The translations under genes were made by a program, and so were the position numbers. Below, piece after piece: positions 1-8,444 of a DNA stretch of 61,064 bases. Under the pieces are notes generated by a model. The model had not been told where the DNA came from, did no database searches, and saw only the letters and a list, made by a program, of their open reading frames with translations. This DNA is from an uncultured Micavibrio sp. (GTDB taxonomy: Bacteria; Pseudomonadota; Alphaproteobacteria; Micavibrionales; Micavibrionaceae), in contig CAYRDI010000006.1 of the NCBI GenBank assembly GCA_964423095.1, positions 1-61,064 on the forward strand, given 5' to 3'. Each line of letters opens with the position of its first letter. The stretch's first letter is position 1.

Positions 1-169
1 GGGAACGCGCAGCAGAGGCCTTGCACGCGCTTCAGGATTTGGAAAAACCCGATCGAAAATAAAACTGCCGTTGCTGGCAAGCCCCCATCGCCCTGCCATA
101 CCACCCGTGGAAGGAATGGGTGAAAGAACGTGAGCGGGGCGGCAGATCATTGCAAACAAATAGGATATT

Positions 170-631
170 TTGATGTTCGATATAACCTTTACGGATATAG
201 CGGGGTGCAAACGTGCGCCCGGTGAAGATGTGGCGATTGTCCATGCGTGCAAGGAACCGTGCCACCGGTGTGCGGCGGGGTATAGGGAAAAATCCTTGCC
301 GTCCACGCACCCGCATTATTTGTCTTTGGAACGTGAGCTTGATTTATACCTGAATCTGATCGATCCGCCCGTGCCGTTGTTCAAGCCGGAAAGTTTTAAA
401 ATATTTTTTGATTTTGTGGATAGGCAGATTGCGGTGCGCCCCGTTCGTGTTCATTGCAACAAGGGGGAATCCCGCGCGCCGTCATTAGCATTATTGTATC
501 GCGCGAAGAGAGGGTCGTTGCCCGATGAAAATTACGAAGCCGCGCGCGCCGTGTTTGAACGGGATAATCCATATAAGCCGGGGAAGGGGATCGAAATGTT
601 CTTGAAAGAAAACTGGAAGATTCTGGGATAG
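170..631 (+). CDS. Cys-based protein phosphatase-like protein (PTP/dual-specificity type)
   Basis: 153-aa ORF containing HCNKGESR, which matches the HCX5R P-loop signature of Cys-dependent phosphatases. No other domain recognised. Confidence 0.5.
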   Translation: MMFDITFTDIAGCKRAPGEDVAIVHACKEPCHRCAAGYREKSLPSTHPHYLSLERELDLYLNLIDPPVPLFKPESFKIFFDFVDRQIAVRPVRVHCNKGESRAPSLALLYRAKRGSLPDENYEAARAVFERDNPYKPGKGIEMFLKENWKILG

Positions 632-634
632 GGG

Positions 635-895
635 CTATTCCCCGTTGTCGCCATCGTTGCTGTCATCATCTTCAGGCGCGGCATCGTCACCTTGTTGTTC
701 CTGCGCGCGGGCGCGACATCCTTCCACAAAGGAATTTGATTTCCCGCCGCATTCATCGGGGTTTGTAATATTATGCTTTTCCGCCCACGCATAGCCGGCC
801 TTGTGCCCCGAGCAATCTTTTGTGCAAGGAAAGCCCATAAAATCTTCCGTCTTTGCAGGAAAGGGGAAAACAAACAGGAGCAAGACAAGCAACAT
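635..895 (-). CDS. Small secreted Cys-rich protein (hypothetical)
   Basis: I use the shorter version of ORF 635..1126, starting at MLLVLLLFVFPFPA (a signal-like N-terminus). The longer version would overlap flgH and its terminator. It has four Cys in the pattern C..DCSGH.AGY.WAE....DECGG.S.SF.EGC and an acidic tail. No clear SD, so the start is uncertain. Confidence 0.45.
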   Translation of the reverse strand: MLLVLLLFVFPFPAKTEDFMGFPCTKDCSGHKAGYAWAEKHNITNPDECGGKSNSFVEGCRARAQEQQGDDAAPEDDDSNDGDNGE

Positions 896-914
896 TAACA
901 CAGGATTGATCCGC

Positions 915-951
915 AAAAAAAAGCCGGTACTTTCTGTACCGGCTTCCTTTT
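915..951 (-). terminator. Rho-independent terminator downstream of flgH
   Basis: Perfect 10-bp stem AAGCCGGTAC/GTACCGGCTT (921-930 / 936-945) with a 5-nt loop. On the minus strand it is followed by a run of 8 T. Confidence 0.6.
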
Positions 952-1016
952 GGAGTAAGGGTGGTTTTACGCCGCCCCGATTTCCCGATTCATCCTGAAT
1001 CCGGGCCCTTCTAGCC

Positions 1017-1793
1017 CTAGAACGGGAAGAGGACGTCGTAAACTTGCTGGCCGTAACGCGGTTGCTGGACATCGGTAATTTGTCCCTTGCCGCCATATGA
1101 AACGCGCGCCTCGGCAATCTTGTCATAGGAAATGGAATTATCGATGCTGATGTCCTGCGGGCGGATCACACCGGCTAGTTCCAGAATGCGGTTTTCAAAA
1201 TTCACGCGCACTTCCTGCCGGCCCTGAATGACCATGTTGCCGTTGGGCAGGATTTGCATGACAGTGGCGGCGAGCTTCATCTGGATTTTTTCCTGACGGT
1301 CGATGGAGCCGCTGCCTTTATGATCCGATGCCGATGTGGCGGAGGTCAAAGACGACGGGTTTACCGCTTCGGGCAAAACTTGCGAGAGTTTCGTTTCGAC
1401 ACCAAGCAGGGCGGGAAGCGCCGCATCTTCGGTCGCATCGCGCTTGCGTTCGGTTTCGTTGTCGAGTTGTGCCTTGTCCTTGATGTCGAGCGTGACGGTC
1501 AGGATGTCACCGATATTGGTGGCCCGTTGGTCTTCAAAGAACGCTTGGCGGTTACTGGCCCAGAGGGAGTTTTGCTGCTTCACCACCTTTTGCGGCGTCG
1601 GCATCGGCATGGAAACCGCGCGGTAATCCGATTTCGTTTGCGGATTTTCGATCGCGGTTAATTCCGGGGCCTTTCCAACGGTGGCCAGACGATCCGCAGC
1701 ACCGCATCCGGACAGCAGCATCACGGAGGACGCGCAGGCCAGTGTGGAGATCATCCATCTTTTTTGTCGCTGTATTTTTGTCATCCTGTTCAC
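1017..1793 (-). CDS. flgH: Flagellar L-ring lipoprotein FlgH
   Basis: 258 aa with a lipobox LLSGC after the signal peptide. The body is typical of FlgH (ITVTLDI.D.A...., GNMVIQG.QEVRVN.E...L..GVIRP.DI) and the gene sits in the flgA/G/F context. Confidence 0.92.
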   Translation of the reverse strand: MNRMTKIQRQKRWMISTLACASSVMLLSGCGAADRLATVGKAPELTAIENPQTKSDYRAVSMPMPTPQKVVKQQNSLWASNRQAFFEDQRATNIGDILTVTLDIKDKAQLDNETERKRDATEDAALPALLGVETKLSQVLPEAVNPSSLTSATSASDHKGSGSIDRQEKIQMKLAATVMQILPNGNMVIQGRQEVRVNFENRILELAGVIRPQDISIDNSISYDKIAEARVSYGGKGQITDVQQPRYGQQVYDVLFPF

Positions 1794-1808
1794 TCCTTAC
1801 TCTATGCC

Positions 1809-2792
1809 CTACCGCACGGTCACTTCACGGTGCCCCGTGACGATTCCTTGCAGGTTTTTATTGCTGTCGATATTGGCCACGCGGACGGTATCGCCCATGG
1901 CACCCGATTGCAGGGATTTCCCCTTGACCGTCAGCGTGATCGGCCCATCGGCGAAGACCAGGGTAATCAGATCGCCACGATCCACCATTTTCGGAGATTC
2001 CAGATCGTTCATCATCAACGGCTTTCCATCGGCGGCCACACGGCGCGGGGTCATGTTGACGATATTTTTTTCATCCAGAATGGTACCAGTGACGATTTTG
2101 GAGGCCGGCATTTCAATATAATCGATGTCCAGCGCGCCGATTTCATCGCCGTTGCGAAAAGCACGTTTGAGGACGGGAACGGAGATCAGGCGTTCGATGC
2201 GCCCCGATACCTGCAACTTGCGGATGGGATTGTCCGCGGACGGGGAGGCGATGACCGCATTGAACACGTCCTTTTGCGGATCAAATTGAAAGGCGGTGAT
2301 ATCCACGCCGGGTTCCGTTCCGGCGGGAAGGACGATGTCCTGCACCGTGTTTGTAAAGGAGAGCGAAAAATTGTCCGTTACGCCACTGTCTTTGATTTTG
2401 GCGGTCATGACATCGGAGATTTGAGAGGGTGCGATCACGGTGGCTTCGCGTCGAAGGATGATCTGTTCCGCCGAGGTTGCCGGTTGCCAGTCCACGTCAA
2501 GCGCGGAGGCGATGCGGTAAAGCGTACGGGCGTTCAGGATCATATCCTTTCCGGGTTGCGGGGCGGGGCCGAGCACGTAATCCGCGTTCTTTACATTGTC
2601 GAAAATATCGCCAAGGCGGATGTAATCACCCGTAATGCTGGCATCCGTGCGCAAGGAGGCGGCGTTGGCCGCCGTGGCCCCCACGATGATGACGAGCACG
2701 CCGAACGCAACCGAAACAATCAACATCGCGATCCGGATGGCGAGTTCGAATTCTTTGGCAAACTGTTCAATGGCGTATTGTACTTTTTTCAT
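1809..2792 (-). CDS. flgA: Flagellar P-ring assembly chaperone FlgA
   Basis: 327 aa with an N-terminal TM/signal segment. The C-terminus GDTVRVANIDSNKNLQGIVTGHREVTV is typical of FlgA (SAF-type). It lies between flgG and flgH. Confidence 0.75.
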   Translation of the reverse strand: MKKVQYAIEQFAKEFELAIRIAMLIVSVAFGVLVIIVGATAANAASLRTDASITGDYIRLGDIFDNVKNADYVLGPAPQPGKDMILNARTLYRIASALDVDWQPATSAEQIILRREATVIAPSQISDVMTAKIKDSGVTDNFSLSFTNTVQDIVLPAGTEPGVDITAFQFDPQKDVFNAVIASPSADNPIRKLQVSGRIERLISVPVLKRAFRNGDEIGALDIDYIEMPASKIVTGTILDEKNIVNMTPRRVAADGKPLMMNDLESPKMVDRGDLITLVFADGPITLTVKGKSLQSGAMGDTVRVANIDSNKNLQGIVTGHREVTVR

Positions 2793-2798
2793 GGGCTA

Positions 2799-3587
2799 CT
2801 ACCTGAGTTGTGTCACGGTTTGAAGCATTTCATCGCTGGCCGTTATGACCTTTGAGTTCATTTCATAGGCGCGCTGTGCGCTGATCAGGTTGGTGATTTC
2901 TTCCACGATATTGACGTTGGAATTTTCCAGCGTGCCTTGGCGGACATCCCCGAAATTGTCTTCGGCGGGGTTGCCGACGGCGGCCGCACCGGATGCATCC
3001 GTTTCCAGGAACAACGTATCCCCGATCCCTTCAAGACCGGCCGGGTTGACGAAGGTGGCCAATTGAATTTGCCCGACATTCTGCATGGCGATCTGTCCAG
3101 GCACTTTGACCAGCACTTCGCCGGACGTGTTGACCACGATGTCTTCGGCATCATCGGGGACGGTGATCCCGGGTTGCAGTGTGTACCCTTGCGCATTCAC
3201 GATTTCACCGTTTTCGTTCAACTGGAACACGCCGGAACGGGTATAGGCGGTATCACCGTTGGGAAGGTCGATCTGGAAATAGCCTTCGCCGGTGATGGCA
3301 AGGTCGAGCGGATTTTCCGTGACCTTGATCGTGCCTTGTTCATGAAGGCGGTAAACGGAACCGATGCTGACCCCCAAACCGAACTGCATGCCCGTCGGCA
3401 CGGTGGTGCCGGAATCGGAGGAGGTGGCACCGGGACGCATGTCGTTTTGATATATCAGGTCGTGAAATTCCGCCCGCTGACGTTTAAAGCCCGAGGTGGT
3501 GGAGTTGGCGATGTTGTTGGAGATCACATCCACATTGAGCTGTTGGGCGAGCATGCCCGTTGCGCCGATATCCAGAGACCTGATCAT
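2799..3587 (-). CDS. flgG: Flagellar distal rod protein FlgG
   Basis: 262 aa. N-terminus MIRSLDIGATGMLAQQLNVDVISNNIANSTTSGFK and C-terminus LENSNVNIVEEITNLISAQRAYE are canonical rod-protein ends. Confidence 0.93.
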   Translation of the reverse strand: MIRSLDIGATGMLAQQLNVDVISNNIANSTTSGFKRQRAEFHDLIYQNDMRPGATSSDSGTTVPTGMQFGLGVSIGSVYRLHEQGTIKVTENPLDLAITGEGYFQIDLPNGDTAYTRSGVFQLNENGEIVNAQGYTLQPGITVPDDAEDIVVNTSGEVLVKVPGQIAMQNVGQIQLATFVNPAGLEGIGDTLFLETDASGAAAVGNPAEDNFGDVRQGTLENSNVNIVEEITNLISAQRAYEMNSKVITASDEMLQTVTQLR

Positions 3588-3603
3588 GACTTATCCTTTA
3601 CTT

Positions 3604-4326
3604 TCAGCTTGTTTCCAGAATTTTTTGTATGCCCGTGCGTTGACGGTCATGTTCGTTTTGCATCACGCGTTGCACGGCCTGATATTCGCGCATCACGTCA
3701 ATCATCCTCGTCATTTCAAGAACGGGCTGCACGTTGGAGCCTTCGAGTTTGCCCTGAAACACGCGGGTATCTTTTGCCGGGGTGGGGGCTTCATCGGTTT
3801 TGTAAAGCCCGTTGCCGGTGGGGGAGAGCTTTTGGTAATCGGTAAATTCTGCGACCATCAGGTTGCCGACGACACCCTGATCCGTGGACACGACCCCTTT
3901 TTCATCGATGGTGACGTATTTGGCACTGGCGGGGATGCTGATAATGCCGCCGCCCTGATCCGCGACTTTGTACCCCGTAGAGGTTATCAATTCGCCATTG
4001 GCGTTAAGTGTGAAGTTACCCGCGCGGGTGAATTGCACACCATCGTTTGTGCCGACACCGAAATAGCCGGGGCCGACAAGGGCGACATCCAGCGGCGCGC
4101 CCGTTTGTTTGATGGGGCCGGGGGACGTAACCTGATATTGCCCGATGTCATAAACGAGCGAGACGTCTTCTTTCATCCGCGGCTGGTCGGAGATGAATTC
4201 CTTGAACACGGCATTCTGGCCGCGATAGCCCGGCGTGTTGATGTTCGCGACATTGTTCGCGATCAACGCCATGCGTTCTTCGAGGGCCACCTGGGCCGAT
4301 AAGCCGACATAGAGTGAATTTTCCAT
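3604..4326 (-). CDS. flgF: Flagellar proximal rod protein FlgF
   Basis: 240 aa with rod-protein N-terminus (ANNVANINTPGYR) and C-terminus (LEGSNVQPVLEMTRMIDVMREYQ). It lies directly upstream of flgG. Confidence 0.88.
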   Translation of the reverse strand: MENSLYVGLSAQVALEERMALIANNVANINTPGYRGQNAVFKEFISDQPRMKEDVSLVYDIGQYQVTSPGPIKQTGAPLDVALVGPGYFGVGTNDGVQFTRAGNFTLNANGELITSTGYKVADQGGGIISIPASAKYVTIDEKGVVSTDQGVVGNLMVAEFTDYQKLSPTGNGLYKTDEAPTPAKDTRVFQGKLEGSNVQPVLEMTRMIDVMREYQAVQRVMQNEHDRQRTGIQKILETS

Positions 4327-4358
4327 GTGTCTTCACACCTCTTTTCACGCTGAACCGT

Positions 4359-4374
4359 TGCGAAAGCCGTGCCA
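4359..4374 (-). promoter_or_regulatory. Candidate sigma54 (-24/-12) promoter for flgF-flgG-flgA-flgH
   Basis: The minus strand reads TGGCACG-GCTT-TCGCA against the consensus TGGCACG-N4-TTGCW. There is one mismatch and the GG-N10-GC spacing is exact. The -12 GC lies about 34 nt upstream of the flgF ATG, leaving room for the AAGAGG SD. Confidence 0.5.
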
Positions 4375-4553
4375 GAAGCAAAAACCAAGGTAAACAAAGG
4401 TGTTATGGATTTATCCACAGCCGCGGGAATCCGCGCCCTGCGGCAAAATTGTCGCTAGATCCCGAGTCGGCGGGAAAAAATTGCCTGTCTGTTTTTGCCC
4501 GCGCTTTTGCCTTTGTATGCAGGGGGTTGTGGGCGGATTCCAGATTGCGCCTG

Positions 4554-4581
4554 TTGCCAGCGGGGGAATGCGGTTTATAAT
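4554..4581 (+). promoter_or_regulatory. Candidate sigma70-type promoter for fliL operon
   Basis: TTGCCA (4554-4559), 16-nt spacer, TATAAT (4576-4581), about 42 nt upstream of the fliL ATG. Confidence 0.3.
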
Positions 4582-4622
4582 CACCACACCCGTTTGAATC
4601 GCAATGTCGCAAAGGCAGTTTC

Positions 4623-5222
4623 ATGGCAGACGCAAAACACGAAGAAGTCAATGCATCGCTGGATGGTGAAGGTGCCCCGGCCGAAGGCGGTATGGAAGAA
4701 ACGTCCGGCGGCGGTAAAAAGAAGATTATCATCATCGCGGTTGTGGTTTTGTTCGTTTTGATCGGTGCCGGGGCCGGGCTTTATTTTTCAGGCTTTCTCG
4801 ACAAATTCCTGAAAAAAGGCGAAACAACCGAAGAAGCTGGGCACGAAGGGGCCGCCGAAGAAGAAAAGCTGGAATGCAAAAAGGACGAGCACGGCAAGGA
4901 GGTTTGTTCCAAGCCCGGTGCCGCCTTTTTGAAAATCCCCGATTTGATCGTCAACCTGAATACCGATGACGGCGCACCGCGTTATTTGCGCCTGTCCGTC
5001 CAACTGGAATTCAAGAACGAAACCGACTTGCACACGGTGGAGGCGTTGATGCCCCGCATCGTTGACCAGTTCCAGACATACCTGCGGGAATTACGGGTCA
5101 AGGATTTGCGTGGTTCGGCAGGGATTTACAGGCTCCAGATGGAATTGCTGGCCCGGGTGAATCAGGCGGCCTATCCGGTCGAGGTGCAGGATGTCCTGTT
5201 TCAGGAAATTCTGATACAATAG
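4623..5222 (+). CDS. fliL: Flagellar basal body-associated protein FliL
   Basis: 199 aa with a single TM (IIIIAVVVLFVLIGAGAGLYF). FliL core: FLKIPDLIVNL...RYLRLSVQLEF...., LR.S.G...L..EL. It lies upstream of fliM. Confidence 0.85.
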   Translation: MADAKHEEVNASLDGEGAPAEGGMEETSGGGKKKIIIIAVVVLFVLIGAGAGLYFSGFLDKFLKKGETTEEAGHEGAAEEEKLECKKDEHGKEVCSKPGAAFLKIPDLIVNLNTDDGAPRYLRLSVQLEFKNETDLHTVEALMPRIVDQFQTYLRELRVKDLRGSAGIYRLQMELLARVNQAAYPVEVQDVLFQEILIQ

Positions 5223-5360
5223 ACGGGTACGGGGCTTTGGCACGGGCACCGATTTTCCCGGTTTTCGCGCTGCGTCCTGTGTGCATCTCAATAATGTCCC
5301 ATGCCCCAGTATGGAAAACGGTTTACACTATAACGGCATGATTCTTGCGTAGCTGGTGAT

Positions 5361-6470
5361 ATGAGCGATACAGACGTCAATGAAAAGGAAATGAGCGCCG
5401 AAGAAAAGGCGATGATGGAGGAATGGGGTGCCATGGCCGACGGCGGCGATGCATCCGCCGATCCGATGGCCGAGGCGATGGGCATGTCCGGCGAGGCCGC
5501 CACCCGCATCCTGAACCAGGACGAGATCGACTCCCTTTTGGGTTTTGACGATGATTTATCCGGCGGGGCGGAAACATCGGGCGTGATGGCCCTGATCAAT
5601 TCCGCGATGGTCAATTACGAGCGTCTGCCGATGCTCGACATCGTGTTCGACCGTCTGGTGCGGTTGATGTCCACGACTTTACGCAACCTGACATCCGACA
5701 ACGTGGAGGTTAGCCTCGACAACGTGTCCACCGTCCGGTTTGGCGATTATATGAACTCTATCCCCTTGCCGGCGATGTTGTCCGTTTTCAAGGCGCAGGA
5801 ATGGGACAACCACGGCTTGATGGTCACCGATTCCGCGCTGATCTATTCCATCGTCGATGTGTTGCTGGGTGGCCGGAAAGGCACGCCCGCCATCCGCGTG
5901 GAGGGCCGCCCCTATACCACCATTGAAACGAAGCTGGTCGAACGTATGGTCACGGTGACCTTGTCCGATTTGTCTTCGGCGTTCGATCCGCTCTCTCCCG
6001 TATCGTTCAGTCTGGAACGCATGGAAACCAACCCGCGTTTTGCCACCATTTCCCAATCCGGCAATGCTTGCGTTCTGGCCCGTCTTCGTGTGGACATGGG
6101 GGATCGCGGCGGACGCATTGAAATCGTGATCCCGTATGCGACGCTGGAGCCGATCCGCGAATTGCTGCTCCAGATGTTCATGGGGGAAAAGTTCGGCCGC
6201 GATTCCATCTGGGAAACCCACCTGACCAAAGAGCTTTACCAAACCGAAGTGCAGCTTCAGGCCGTTTTGGGGGAAAAGACCATCCCGCTTCGCGATATGT
6301 TGAACTGGAAGGTTGGGACGAAGGTTGTTTTCACGACCCGGCCGGAGGACGAGTTGGAATTGCGCTGCGGCCAGTTCCCGATGTTCAGGGGGCCGGTCGG
6401 CCAGAAACAGGATTTTATCGCCGTGCGCGTTGAAAAATACATTCCGCCCAAACAGGTTGAGGAAGATTGA
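5361..6470 (+). CDS. fliM: Flagellar motor switch protein FliM
   Basis: 369 aa with the N-terminal CheY-P binding-type motif LNQDEIDSLLGF, a FliM middle domain and a C-terminal SpoA-like segment. Confidence 0.9.
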   Translation: MSDTDVNEKEMSAEEKAMMEEWGAMADGGDASADPMAEAMGMSGEAATRILNQDEIDSLLGFDDDLSGGAETSGVMALINSAMVNYERLPMLDIVFDRLVRLMSTTLRNLTSDNVEVSLDNVSTVRFGDYMNSIPLPAMLSVFKAQEWDNHGLMVTDSALIYSIVDVLLGGRKGTPAIRVEGRPYTTIETKLVERMVTVTLSDLSSAFDPLSPVSFSLERMETNPRFATISQSGNACVLARLRVDMGDRGGRIEIVIPYATLEPIRELLLQMFMGEKFGRDSIWETHLTKELYQTEVQLQAVLGEKTIPLRDMLNWKVGTKVVFTTRPEDELELRCGQFPMFRGPVGQKQDFIAVRVEKYIPPKQVEED

Positions 6471-7099
6471 TGCCCATGAATTTTGGATTCCTGATGGATG
6501 TTGCCATTTTGGTGCTGCTGGCCGGTACAGTGTTCTTTGCCTTCCGCCTCAACCTGAATTTGAAACACTTCAAGGATAGCCGGTCGCAGATGGAAGGGTT
6601 GGTGAACCGTCTGGCCGTCAACATCGAACGGGCGGAAAAGGCGATTGCGGGCCTTCAGGTGTCCGCCCGTAATTCCGGTGCCGATCTTGATAAAAAAATA
6701 AAAGAATCCAAATTCTTGTCTGATGAACTTAAGTTTATGTCCGAAGCCGGAAACAATCTGGCAACGCGGCTTGAAAAACTCGCCGACCGTAACCGCGAGC
6801 TAATCGAAAAAATCGAGGCAGGCGGGGGGCTTGGTATCGCGCCTTCAAGTGTTGGTGCGCCGATCGTCGTCCGTGACGTTCCAAGGGAAGCAAAAGCATC
6901 CAACCCGTTGCGCGATCTGGAAGAAGAACCGTTGGGCTTTATGATTCAAGACCGCGAATTCGAAGAAGACGATGTGTTTGACGAACTGGATGCTTTGGAT
7001 GCCGAACTGGAAGGGGCGACCTCCGGGTTGCAGAGCCAGGCCGAGCGGGAGTTTTTCGAAGCCTTCCATAAAAGGAAAACCGTCGGCGGGAGAAATTAA
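6467..7099 (+). CDS. Membrane-anchored coiled-coil protein, flagellar operon member (unknown function)
   Basis: 210 aa. Its ATG overlaps the fliM stop (ATGA). One N-terminal TM, then a coiled-coil region and an acidic tail. No family recognised with confidence. Confidence 0.6.
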   Translation: MMPMNFGFLMDVAILVLLAGTVFFAFRLNLNLKHFKDSRSQMEGLVNRLAVNIERAEKAIAGLQVSARNSGADLDKKIKESKFLSDELKFMSEAGNNLATRLEKLADRNRELIEKIEAGGGLGIAPSSVGAPIVVRDVPREAKASNPLRDLEEEPLGFMIQDREFEEDDVFDELDALDAELEGATSGLQSQAEREFFEAFHKRKTVGGRN

Positions 7100-7102
7100 C
7101 CC

Positions 7103-7903
7103 ATGCCGGGTGGATCCAGACTTCTTACCGTTTTGATGGTCGTCGCCGCCCTTTGTTTTGGTGTGCGGTTCGGTGACCTGATCCGCGAGGTCAGCCGGGC
7201 GGGCTCGATCAAGGCCTATGCCGCGCAAAACGATGCCGCCGTCCTGAATGCCATGCAAACGGCGGCCGGCGATGCGGCCCCGCCCGCCACCGAATTAAAA
7301 AGCACGAACGAGGCCCCCCCAAAGCCGGCGATGCCCGTGGTGAAAGACGGGGAGAAGGTGCCCACGCCGGGGGATGCCGAAAAAGTGGCGCGCCCCGATA
7401 TTGAACCGCCCGCTATGAGCACAGAGCCCAAGGACAAAAAAGACTGGCGCGCGGCCGAGGATCTGGATGACGAATATTCGGATGTGAAGATTGAAATGTT
7501 TGCCGATCTGGCCAAACGCCGAAAAGATCTGGAGGCCAAGGAAAAAGAACTGGCCATGCGTGAAGCCCTGTTGAAGGCCGCGCAAGCCGAGCTTCAGCAA
7601 AAGACGGATGAATTGAACAACATCAAATCCGACATCCAGAGTCTGTTGAAACAACAGACCGATCAGGAAAACGAACGGGTCGCCAGCCTTGTAAAAATAT
7701 ACGAAGGTATGAAGGCCAAGGACGCCGCAAAAATTTTCAATGCGCTGGATATGGATGTACTGCTTCAGGTCATGACCAAGATGTCGGAGCGTAAAACCGG
7801 CCCGATTCTGGCCGCTATGGACCCTGACAAGGCCCGTCAGGTGACGACGCTGATGGCCGAACAAAACAAGCTCCCCGATCTTCCCACGCTCCCGCTGCCA
7901 TAG
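7103..7903 (+). CDS. MotE/FlbB-family flagellar protein (MgtE-N-like C-terminal domain)
   Basis: 266 aa with an N-terminal TM, a Pro/Ala-rich linker and a coiled coil. The C-terminal part VASLVKIYEGMKAKDAAKIFNALDMDVLLQVMTKMSERKTGPILAAMDPDKA is typical of MotE (COG3334-like) proteins. Confidence 0.65.
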   Translation: MPGGSRLLTVLMVVAALCFGVRFGDLIREVSRAGSIKAYAAQNDAAVLNAMQTAAGDAAPPATELKSTNEAPPKPAMPVVKDGEKVPTPGDAEKVARPDIEPPAMSTEPKDKKDWRAAEDLDDEYSDVKIEMFADLAKRRKDLEAKEKELAMREALLKAAQAELQQKTDELNNIKSDIQSLLKQQTDQENERVASLVKIYEGMKAKDAAKIFNALDMDVLLQVMTKMSERKTGPILAAMDPDKARQVTTLMAEQNKLPDLPTLPLP

Positions 7904-7933
7904 AAAGGGCTAGGCGGAAAAAGCGTTTTGGCG

Positions 7934-7949
7934 TTAAAATTCGTTTAAC
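7934..7949 (+). promoter_or_regulatory. CtrA-box (TTAA-N7-TTAAC), perfect match
   Basis: TTAA AATTCGT TTAAC at 7934-7949, about 75 nt upstream of the cheY start in the 119-nt gap after the MotE-like gene. Confidence 0.5.
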
Positions 7950-8022
7950 CAATTTACGCCATACTGGTGCAAGATATTCTCGCGTACAATTTTCGATTTC
8001 TTTACACACATAGGAGAAGACT

Positions 8023-8418
8023 GTGGCTGTTGATAAAAACATGAATGTTCTGGTCGTGGACGATTACCAGACCATGATCCGCATTATCAAAAATCTTTTG
8101 AAACAGCTGGGTTTTAACAACGTGGACGAAGCCACGGACGGTACCGCCGCCTATGAATTGTTGAGCGGAAAGAAATACGGGTTGGTCATTTCCGATTGGA
8201 ACATGGAGCCGATGTCGGGGCTGGATCTTTTGAAAAAAGTACGCGCTACGCAAGGCAACGATAATATCAGCAAGGTGCCGTTCATCATGATTACCGCCGA
8301 AAGTAAGACGGAAAACGTCATTGCCGCCAAACAGGCCGGCGTCAACAATTACATCGTCAAGCCGTTCAATGCCGAGACATTGAAAACCAAAATCACGGCC
8401 GTGATCGGCGAGTTTTAG
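8023..8418 (+). CDS. cheY: Chemotaxis response regulator CheY
   Basis: 131-aa single-domain receiver with VVDD, SDWNMEPMSG and IVKPF motifs, followed by cheZ. Confidence 0.9.
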   Translation: MAVDKNMNVLVVDDYQTMIRIIKNLLKQLGFNNVDEATDGTAAYELLSGKKYGLVISDWNMEPMSGLDLLKKVRATQGNDNISKVPFIMITAESKTENVIAAKQAGVNNYIVKPFNAETLKTKITAVIGEF

Positions 8419-8444
8419 GAATAAACCGGAAAGCCAGAAAAATT

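Noticed and set aside
3-62. Possible 3' end of a gene entering from the left edge (…ERAAEALHALQDLEKPDRK*)
   Set aside because: Only about 20 codons are visible and there is no motif, so it cannot be distinguished from chance.
635-1126. Full-length 163-aa version of the small Cys-rich ORF
   Set aside because: It would overlap the 3' end of flgH and run through the flgH terminator hairpin. Its N-terminal 77 aa are Arg/Ser-rich and look non-coding, so I kept the shorter version from 895.
1764-2855. 363-aa plus-strand ORF opposite flgA (and similar ORFs 2937..3845 and 3496..4302 opposite flgG/flgF)
   Set aside because: These are antisense shadows of well-supported flagellar genes. Their composition is R/G/H/D-rich and I recognised no motifs.
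4539-4553. Second sigma54-like element (GG-N10-GC, GCGGATTCCAGATTGCG) upstream of fliL
   Set aside because: Only the GG and TTGC positions match and the -24 hexamer is poor. The nearby TTGCCA-N16-TATAAT is a simpler explanation.
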